Positions 1 to 9,647 of a stretch of 64,000 nucleotides of DNA are shown piece after piece. The DNA is taken from positions 22,436,599 through 22,500,598 of the forward strand of contig NC_069007.1 in the NCBI RefSeq assembly GCF_001194135.2. The letters run 5' to 3'. The DNA is from Octopus bimaculoides (lineage: Eukaryota). Made by a program: the position numbers and the translations under genes. Positions within the stretch are counted from its first letter, which is position 1. Every line of letters starts with the position of its first letter. The notes under the pieces were generated by a model. That model had not been told where the DNA came from. It did not search any database and was given only the letters and a program-made list of their open reading frames with translations.

Positions 1-29
1 ACCGTTGAGGTCATACACATCGAAACAAT
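1..29 (-). CDS. EFCAB1: Calaxin coding exon 4 (partial; [10 protein letters not shown])
   Basis: Acceptor ttttcatcag on the minus strand (AG at 31-30); phase 1 matches the previous exon; encodes the start of an EF-hand loop (DLNG). Confidence 0.9.
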
Positions 30-2057
30 CTGATGAAAAGCAGTAAAGAACACAGCGTAAGGTATTAGTACACTCTATAAAGTGGTTGGCATTTGGAAGG
101 ACATCGAGCTGCTGAGATCATGCCAAAACAGACAATTGGAGCATGGTGTAGATCTCTGGCATGCCCGCTCCTGTCAAACCATGCAACTCATGCCAGCATG
201 GAAAACAGACGTTAAACAACAGTGGTAATGATGACAATAACAAGAAAGTCTCTCTGATTTTAGAATATGTTCACAAGAGGAGACCTGAAGGATTGGTGAC
301 TGAAGGGTTGGTGAAACAATGTCTTAGAAAACCTGCCCAACTCAAGCCAGAATGGAAAAAATGGGCGTAAAACAATTATCTTTTACCTTTTTCTTGTTCC
401 AGTCATTAGACTGCGATCATGCTGGGGCACAGCTTGAAGTGCCCCAGCTTATTTTCAAGCCTGATACTTATTCTATCAGTATCTTTTGCTGAACTGTTAA
501 GTTACAGGAATGTAAACACACCAACACTGGTTGTCGAGTGGTGGTAGGGGAAAAACACAGACACAAAGACACCCAGGATGAAAATGAAAAAGAAAACCAC
601 TTACAGGCCATCTTCTCTTCATTATTTCCTCTGAGAAAAACAGACAATCCACCTATCCATTCCTCAATGCAGATCCAGCTGTCATTATCTTTATCAAATG
701 CCCTGAAAACTAAGAGAGGGCCATCATATGAGTTATGGTTATTCATGTGTGATGAATAAAACAGAGGAAATGTAATCAACAACTGATAAACAAATTAAGG
801 TGGCAAAGCTGGTAGAAGCATTAGCACATTGGGGGTAAATGCTCAACGGCATTTCTCCTGACTCTATATTCTGGCCTTGTCCCAAAATTTGAAATTATTA
901 TTGTATTTGAGTTTAAAGAAGTAGCAAGGTGGCAGAATTGTTAGAATGCTGGACAAAATGCTTAGCAACATTTCATCCATTTTTATGATTAGAGTTCAAA
1001 TTCCTCCAAGATCAACTTTGCCTTTCATTCTTTCGGGGATCAATAAAATAAGGACTAGTTTAAGCACCGGGGTTGATGAAATTATGTAGCCCTCTCCTCA
1101 AAAACCGTTGGCCTTGTGCCAAAATAAGAAAAGGATATTTCAGTTTAAAGACATACAATCTGTCACAGCAGCCATAAGACTCAGATTTCACATACCTCGA
1201 TCCATTAAAATGTCGTTAGTCATTCCAAATATATACAACAGAATATCCCGGAACCTGATCCTGTCTAGTTTTTTGTCTGTGTAGTGTTGGTACATCTTAA
1301 TAAGGTGATTTGTTTCATAGCGTGAAACTGGAAAGATAAACAGAAAATGTTTAACTCTCAGAGGGTCAAACAGAAGAGTTTGATATAACAACAAACCAAT
1401 AAGAGAGCACTTATGTATTCAAACAGCCTACTAGAAATAGCAGTCAAATTTCCTCTCAAATCACACTTCATCATATTAAAAGCAGGAAGACCATTGCGTC
1501 AATTAAAAATCAGTTGTTGATCAATTCTTATACACTGTGGTGTACATCTATAGCCAGGTCACTAATATGTCTCTGAATCCATTATAGGTCAGTTGTTATA
1601 GACCAGTGGTTCCCCACAAAGGTCCCTATAAGATTTTGCTGTTGAAATTTATCTGCAACAAATCAGTTACACTTCTACAATGCACAAAAGATTTCAACAA
1701 TTTTTTTAATACAATTCTTAATAATAACTGGCTCTCTGTGAGTCCCTATGATCAGGGTTCCAGTTGAGCCAAAGAATGGAACAGCCTACTCATGAAATTA
1801 ATGTGCAAGTGGCTGATTATAGAGACGGAGATTGAAGTGGACACACAGTGAATATGAGTTTGGAAGGGAGGGTGAAGGAAATAGGAATGGGTCTGGAAAG
1901 GGGGAGGCGACAAGGGACAACATTAGGGATATAATGTGAAGCACAGCGGGGGTAAATGGTACCATTTACAACACCTGAGCATGCATGTGTGTGTGTGTGT
2001 GTGTGTGTGTGTTAACTTACAGTGACTTATCTTGGCAAGTTCAACAATTGGTTTCAT
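1..2057 (-). CDS. EFCAB1: Calaxin / EF-hand calcium-binding domain protein 1, 5' part (join 2057-2021, 1327-1196, 709-605, 29-<1); continues beyond the window start
   Basis: Four GT-AG exons splice in phase to [101 protein letters not shown]. This matches the recalled calaxin pattern (FGMTxDxxMDRVFRxFDKDxD...GLSxFLRG..EEKM.YCF.V.DLNGDG). Confidence 0.93.
605..709 (-). CDS. EFCAB1: Calaxin coding exon 3 ([35 protein letters not shown])
   Basis: Acceptor ctctcttag, donor GTAAGT; 105 nt, phase 1-1; EF-hand loop [12 protein letters not shown]. Confidence 0.93.
1196..1327 (-). CDS. EFCAB1: Calaxin coding exon 2 ([12 protein letters not shown]...[11 protein letters not shown])
   Basis: Acceptor ttatctttccag, donor GTATGT; 132 nt, phase 1-1. 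Confidence 0.92.
2021..2057 (-). CDS. EFCAB1: Calaxin first coding segment ([12 protein letters not shown]) within exon 2121-2021
   Basis: Acceptor ctactttacag before 2121, donor GTAAGT after 2021; phase 1 fits the next exon; in-frame TAA at the exon start makes ATG 2057 the probable start. Confidence 0.75.
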
Positions 2058-2887
2058 CTTGGTTTGTTCTCTTTCCCACTCTCTATTTCTGTTCCTCTCC
2101 TCTTCCTCCCTTTCTCTTTATCTGTAAAGTAGAAAGAATAACTCAATTGTACATTTGCCCTGCGTTATGGCCTTCTGTATTGTCACATTTTCACTTCTTG
2201 CTACAGGTCACATGTAGGCGCCCAAGTGTGTTCTTCCTGAATCAGGTTGTATTAACCATATTGTCATCGATTCAAATAGAGAGACAAACAGACAAACATA
2301 TAGATTAATTGATACATAGACAGACAGACAGACAGCAGATAGAGATGAATAAACGGATAGGGATAGATAGAGAGACAAATAAATAAATGGCTGGAAAAGT
2401 TTTACAATTATTTAAGGCAAACACAAGTAAAACGCAAATTCTTTTCACTTTAATGTTTTTGTTTATATTTAATTTCGATTTGCAGATGTTTGTCAGTTCT
2501 CTACAATCTCTTTAAAGTAAACAAGATCAACATTTTTAATTCGGGAGGGAGGTGAAATCTGAATTTTTTTTTTTTTTTTTTTTTTGCATATTCGTAATCT
2601 CCAACATCTAAAACGTAGGAATCCGAAAAAATATTTTCCAAAAAATGCACTTTTCCAGAAGAGGTGCGAAACTGCATTAGCCCCCTGTTTTGTCCAATTT
2701 TCTAATTTAATTTTGTAAAACGGTAAACACTGTGAAGGCAATAAAATATTTTGCCATGTAACTGTAGAAGATTGTAAGCGGTCACAAGCAGATTTCACTC
2801 AATTCGTACGTATGGCAAACATTCTACTTCTCTATTCTTTAAGAAGAAAACATGTTAGATAATATATTTTGCAATGAAGTGAACCTT

Positions 2888-3062
2888 ACTACGAGGTGGG
2901 TGCGGGAAAGTTCCTAGCTTTAAGGGTGTCACGAAAGACCTGACCGAAGGCCCAAACTTCCGAGTTCTTTTACAGGGCTTAGAAAAATTGAAGGTCCGCT
3001 GCAATAAGTCTCTGCATCTGAGAGGGGGATATGTGGAATGAAATCATAATTAACTGATCCTC
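2888..3062. mobile_element. Mariner-type MITE fragment
   Basis: TACGAGG-type terminus; shares ggcccaaacttccgagttctttta in inverted orientation with the copies at 5645-5828 and 49440-49665. Confidence 0.6.
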
Positions 3063-3322
3063 CTAACTTATCAGCGCCCCTTCGCAGTCATGACCCGTAG
3101 AATGCTTCTGATCATAGATCGGCTGAATGAAGACAAACCTGGGGTTAAACAACATGAAACAATAAAGACCTAAAGCAATTATGTAAAAATACAATGACTA
3201 ATAAATAAATAAACATATACGTAGAGAAGAAAGAAAGATTTATACCGCAAATAATAAATTTCTTTGCCTCTAATGGCCTTCACTTGTAAGTTCTGTGACA
3301 CCGTAATTGTTTTAACGTTTTT

Positions 3323-3335
3323 GTTGCTAGGCAAC
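3323..3335. promoter_or_regulatory. RFX X-box upstream of calaxin
   Basis: GTTGCTAGGCAAC, embedded in the palindrome TTGTTGC-TAG-GCAACAA. It fits the X-box consensus and lies about 1.2 kb 5' of the first coding exon of a motile-cilia gene. Confidence 0.75.
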
Positions 3336-3944
3336 AACTAAACGATCGTCAAAACATAATACGTTTATGAGTTATTCATTTATTTTAATACAACTCTGGC
3401 TTCAGCTGTTGTCAGCGAAAGCCTGAGTATATATTTTCTCCTGCAGTCTCGTGTCAAGCAATAATTACCCCACGAGTGGAATTTGGTAGACAGAAACAGG
3501 ACAAAATCCGTCGAGCGGACGGGTTGGCAGAATCCTTCGGGTGTCGGACGTAAAAATACCTTATTTATCCATTCCAGGTTATTTACGTTCTGAATTTAAA
3601 TGCCGCCGTTGCCTGTTTTGTGTGGTAGATTTAATCCATCGTCTGGTTTAATCCCACTAGGCAGTCCTCGGAGGAGGTCGCCCAGTCCTCGAGGGTATAA
3701 CTTACAGTTTGGTCCTCCACTGACTTTGTTTCCTCACAACTTTTTGGAAAAAAGTATATTTTCAATGAAATTTCAAAGATATATGTAATCGAGTGTGTTT
3801 CTTGGCTGCAGGAGATAATGTTATCGAGATATTATGTTAATAATATATATGTTATCCGTTTTTTTTCTCTCCCGGTTTTGGATTTGGATTTTTAATGTGG
3901 TTTCGTATTTTCGTATATAAAGGATAAAGACCCCTTCGGTCATG

Positions 3945-4252
3945 AATGACCATGGGAGTGCACCTAGAAAGTTCTCTTCTGAGGCACAAGCCTGGGAAAG
4001 GTTGTTTATGGAAGACTAGCAGTCACCCATGCATACAAGACTCCCCCTCTCCATGCCTCCGATGTTATCCAAGGGAAAGGCAAAGGGGCCGACACAGTCT
4101 GGCACCAGTGACATTGCAACTTATTTCTACAGCTGAGTGAACTGGAGCAACGTGAAATAAAGTGTCTTGCTCAAGAACACAACACACAGCCCGGTCCGGG
4201 AATTGAACTGACCGCATGATTGTGAGCCCGACGCTCAAGCCACTGCGACATG
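3945..4252 (-). mobile_element. tRNA-derived SINE
   Basis: Reverse complement has a tRNA-like head (gtggcttgagcgtcgggctcacaatc...gttcaattcc) and the tgtgttcttgagcaagacacttt core also seen at 20605-20945 and 50935-51245. Confidence 0.7.
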
Positions 4253-4716
4253 CACATTCTCACACACACATTAATATATAAGTTATGGTCGGTGAGAAAG
4301 TTATTATTGGTTTCACGTCTATTATTGTCTCTACCAATATAGGCACCTCATCAGACCTACTGGCCAGGGGTACATAACCACTTTACTAATGGAAGTAAGA
4401 ATACCCCGAAACAAAATTCTTGGAAGCGAAAACCCCTTCTGGCCAAGATGGAGTTATCTCCCTTCTACCAGTTTCAGTTGTGTCAGAAAAGGGTCAGTTT
4501 ATGTTTGATATCAGTTCACTCAATTAGCAAGGAGGGAATTCCCAAGATTTAGTTATGTTTAACAACTGAATGAATTTTATAAAAGCATCCAAATATGAAA
4601 CATCATGAAAAGTGTTCGAACTGAAGTCCTTCTTGAGGGACACATCCCATTCAATACAGAATTACAGATAGTATTTATGGAATTTTGATTTTCTGTCAGG
4701 TGACTTTTGGCCAACC

Positions 4717-4780
<64 letters not shown>

Positions 4781-5644
4781 ATACACACACATACATACAC
4801 ACACACTATGGGCTTCTTTCAGTTTCTGTCTCCCAAATCCATTGAGAAGGCTTTGGTCAGCCCAAGGCTATAGTAGAAACATTTACCCAAGGTACGACAC
4901 ACCCACGTTTGCGCCTATAAACATGTATGCGTATATACATACACACACAAATATATATATATGGACTGTGGCCATACTGGCCATACTGGAGCACCGCCTA
5001 GGAGATTTTTAGTTATGTTTAAAAAAAAAATTTTTTTTTTAATTTACATCTTGTACTAATTCTATCTAACTCTTTTGCCGAACCGCTAAGACATTCCAGC
5101 CTTAGTCAGTCATCCTATTATTATTTTTCAAATTCCCACATGTTGAGAATGTCAGCACAACTACGTGAGTCAGTCCCCGCCGATCTTGTTTCCTCATAAC
5201 GTTCTGGAAAATGGATATTTTATTCATGAAATCTTCTACAAATACATTTCCGATGGCGTAGATTAATGATTATATCGGAATTTGCTGTGTAGTTATGCCG
5301 ATACATCAATGACTTGCATCATTCATTCAATGTATCTTTTCCATTTTGTTTTTCAGAGAGTAAAGAGATCTGGTTGCTATTTCTAGCGGATCGAGCGACG
5401 ACGTAGTTGGCGCCGCTGCTAGATCATTCCTCACCCCTTCCTTTCTAATCTCTTCCTGCTACTCTCACTGTCACATATGATAGCGTTCAGGGCGTTGCTA
5501 GGCAGTAGGTCGCATCTGCAACCGGAAGTTAGTCATAGCTGAGGTCAGATTCTGTCCTTCGTACCTGGAGAATGTATCAATAAAAGAAAGAGAACTTTTC
5601 AAAACATCTCGCACTTGTTATTTTCTCAGGCACACACGCTACTA

Positions 5645-5828
5645 AATATGCGAGGGGGATGTTGGAAAGTCACTGGCTTTTGGTCAGAAGAAAATACAGG
5701 AAGATCAGTTAATTATGATCTTATTCGATGTTCAGATTCAGTCTTTCTAAGCCCGTAAAAGAACTCGGAAGTTTGGGCCTTTCGCGACACCTTTAAAACC
5801 AGGTACTTATCAGTACCCTCTTGCATAT
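5645..5828. mobile_element. Mariner-type MITE
   Basis: Imperfect TIRs (tatgcgaggggg...aaagt / acttatcagtaccctcttgcata) bounded by TA. Confidence 0.6.
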
Positions 5829-6101
5829 TTGACCTTCACAAATGCCTATGTCGTCACGAGCGTATAATCACACCCTCTTCGCCATCCCATCTTTGACCCA
5901 GCGGATCATCGATGATGACCTGATAAATTAGAGAGCTGTAAGCAGCATGTTTGGGGCTCGTTGTAACATACCGACACAAGTGTGTCTTCTAGAAAAATGG
6001 ATGTTTTTTTATGAAATTTTCTACAAATATGCTTCAGATGGTGTAGATTTAGATTATATCGGGATTTATTGTGAAAAGATTTTTTCCGAGGGTGGAGACA
6101 G

Positions 6102-6422
6102 GAGTTTCGTACAATTCACACGAGTTGGCTTTGTTTCCTCATAACATTTAGAAAAATGGGTATTCTTTAATGAAATTTTCTACAAATACCGTTCAGAGGG
6201 TATAGATTACGATTATATCGGAATTTAATATTAAAACAAAAATTGGTGGGTTCACACACATATTGACAGCAAAATGGTACTTACAAGCTGTTTTGATTTT
6301 CACTATCAATTCCGATATAATCGTAATCTATAGCATCTGAAAGATATTTGTAGAAAATTTCATTTAAAAATCCCCATTTATCTTAGGATACAAAGCCAAC
6401 TCGTGTGGGTTTTCCAAAACTC
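6102..6422. mobile_element. Foldback MITE with about 120-bp TIRs
   Basis: Arms at about 6102-6225 and 6308-6422 are reverse complements (cacacgagttggctttgt / acaaagccaactcgtgtg; gattacgattatatcggaatt / aattccgatataatcgtaatc). Confidence 0.75.
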
Positions 6423-6714
6423 TTTGCCACAGAAGGAGTCCAATTATATGCCACTCTATTCTTTTCAAAACCATAATGCCTCTGCACAATTTAGTATATA
6501 TTTTGTAATTAAGTTAGTGGGGTCACAGCAGTAATTTCAAGTTGACTGACTACTACTTTGTTGACTGGTGTCCATGGCACAGGGAGGGGTAGGCGTGCTT
6601 ATCAGATCCTCTAGCAGTTTCATGTCAGTTTAGAATTGTAATGTTATTAAGTACAACCCAGTAAATAGACGAAGACTGAATGAATTAACTAGAACTATTA
6701 AAGAAAATCATTAT

Positions 6715-7120
6715 CATCATTTAACATCCATTATCCATGCTGTTAAGCTGAGGGTCTGCGCCACACCAGTCTGGTTTGGCATGGTTTCTATGGCTGAATG
6801 CCCTTCCTAATGCCAACCACTCTGAGACTGTAATGGGTGCTTTTGCATGCCACTGGCATGGGTGCCTATTGCATGACACCAGTGTCTGCCATGACTATGA
6901 TTTCACTTGGTTTGATGGATCTTCTCAAGCACAGTAAATTGAGTGGCCCAACACTCAAAAGGTGCTTTTTATGTGCCACCAGCCTGGGTACCAGTTATGT
7001 GACAGCAAATTGAGTGGCCCAACACTCAAAAGGTGCTTTTTATGTGCCACCAGCCTGGGTACCAGTTATGTGACAGCAACAACAGCCACAACTATGGTTT
7101 CACTTGGCTTGACAGGTCTT
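6715..7120 (-). mobile_element. LINE/SINE 3'-end repeat (RTE-like tail) with internal 71-bp tandem duplication
   Basis: Reverse complement of the gtggttggcattaggaagggcat...ggatgttaaatgatgat family seen throughout the window. Confidence 0.65.
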
Positions 7121-8275
7121 CTAAAACTGTATCCATTAAGAAAATATTCTTTGACTGTTGTATGACTTGAAATTAAGTAAAGTTACTTTCCATTAAATAA
7201 ATTTAAATAAAAATGAAAAAATAAAATTGTGACAAAAGAATCGATTCAGCATTTCTAGATTATCTACTATTTTACATATTTGTTGATTCTACGAAATCTC
7301 AAGAGTATTCGGGATGAGGTTAATGACATGGTTTCAAGCTGATTGCTCTATTTTGTAGGTTGTCCATGTGAAAATGATGTGATTCATTCATGTCAGTGAA
7401 CTGGTAATTTCATGTTTGGGGTTCAAATCCCTACAGTAATATTTCCACAAGTGAAATTACTCTTGTAACTATGGGATACACGAAACTACACTGTCGTTTA
7501 AGTAATACTTTTTAATTACTGTAAATTAATTACTGTAAATTAATATTCTTGAAAAACAATGAATGTGTATTCATGTGTGAGTTTTGCACCCATGCAAATG
7601 CATATGTTTACAAATATGCACACTCATATGTACATATATGCTTGCAATTATATATACATGCACATATATACACATGTGTATATGAATATGCGCTTGTTGA
7701 TTTGCGCCAACAGTTAATAAAACATATCAATAAAACATATATTTCCAAACCAGAAAGAAAGTTCAAGGAAGCTGGTATTTCCATCAGAGAAACTTAACTG
7801 CATGCACACAAGGAGCTAACAATTCTGTTCTTTTGTTCAAACTGTTTAAAAGATCTTCTTTAGATTTTTAAAATGTCTTTGCAATGATGTGAAGCCAAAT
7901 TTTTCTTTATAACGCCTACGCTAAAAAAAAAAAGCTCCGACGAAGCTAGAAGGTGATACATAAGCACTCAGCAATGAATGCATTGCATCCATAGCAGAAA
8001 CAGCTGTAAGCTAATGAAGTTCATTACATAATTTCTTGTTCCTTTATCATTTGTATTATCTCTTAATGCTTTTCTCTGAAACATAAATATATTAAATTCT
8101 AACGCTAGGTTATTAGTATCGCTATGCTTTAACGTAATAATATACATACATGCATATATGTGTATTATTTTTAATCGGCAGGAGTTACAAAGTGACTCAA
8201 GCACTGAGAGCTTTGTGCATGGCACTTATGCACGAAACTCCCGGCCTTTGTGTCACTTTGTAACTTCTGCTGATT

Positions 8276-8340
<65 letters not shown>

Positions 8341-8623
8341 ATGTTTTAGGTTCTGTCTCTCCTAAGTGTACTACCTTGCATACACACACATAAGCACTCA
8401 CACTCTTACACAAACATACGTACGTATACATATACACACTTGCCTCATAAGCGATGTTTTTTTTTAACAACCGATAGTTTATTTTTTAACATTTTCTAAT
8501 CCAGAAAATAATTTTATAATTAAAAAAACTCAGATTCTAATTAAACCCTTTTTTTTTCTTGCAAATCCGCAAAAGCCGAAACTTCCTCGTCTTGGCGTTA
8601 GTACAGATGAGAAAGCTCTCATC

Positions 8624-8724
8624 ATGGCGGACGCCGATTCGTTGTATGACATGAGTTCTGACTTGGATATGGATCAAAGCGCCGTCGATGCAGACGTAGA
8701 AGATGATGAAGTGTCTGGACAAAG
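8624..8724 (+). CDS. NMT1: NMT exon 1 ([33 protein letters not shown])
   Basis: ATG in atcATGGCGG context, donor AAG|GTAATT, phase 2 fits exon 2, CpG-rich surroundings. Confidence 0.8.
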
Positions 8725-9599
8725 GTAATTGATATTCTCCTCCTATTTGCTTTCCTTATTGGCTCTCATACATCCCCAGTTTTCCCATACAAATGCCGAC
8801 GTTATACCAAGTCGGGGCTTTCAAAGCCCGACTCTCATCTTCTTTCTTCAATCGCAATCATCGTCTTTTCTTCTTCTGCGTAGACAAGAAACCGAACAAT
8901 TTATATATATTTTTCTCGTTCTTTCTTTCTCCTAAATTTCCCAATTTATATTTCCATTTTCCTCCAACCTTCTTCCTCTCTTCCTCATTTATTTCCCCCC
9001 ACAATGTCTTCTGCAACATTTCTCTGGTTTATTTCTATGTAAAACACTTTTTGTTTATTAACGAATTGCTTCGAAATCTTCATTAATATTATTAACAATA
9101 ATGATTTATTAACACAGGCACGAAATCACTTTTCTGTGGTAGCGACATAAAGATTTATACCGTTGATTCAATAAGGTGTATCTGTAATTTACTGGGGCAG
9201 TTTTAGATTTCAAACCATTCACTCCCTCTCCTTCGTTTTCCTCCTCATGGAAGATATTTAACGAAGGAATTAAAAGAAATAACGACTTTGGTGCGATTTG
9301 AAATCTGCACTGGACGTAAACGAACTCAATATCGAGCAAAGCTTTATTCGAATTCCTATTTTCTTTCCTTTTTGTGCTTCTTTCTTTCCGATTTTATCGT
9401 AATTTGCTAATCAACCAACCCTAACCCTAACCCTAACCCTAACCCTTTAGACACGAGGAGCCGACATAATTTGCTGGGAGTTGCGGGGTTTTTAGTCAAT
9501 AACTGAATCGACTCCCACCAGTAATTATTCGAGACGAAGGGCAAACATCACCTTCTCCGGTGAAATAACTAATAATATAGGGAGTTGAGGGCTTGTGTA

Positions 9600-9647
<48 letters not shown>

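Noticed and set aside
8537-8722. 61-aa minus-strand ORF ([14 protein letters not shown]...)
   Set aside because: Antisense shadow of NMT exon 1; no splice or homology support.
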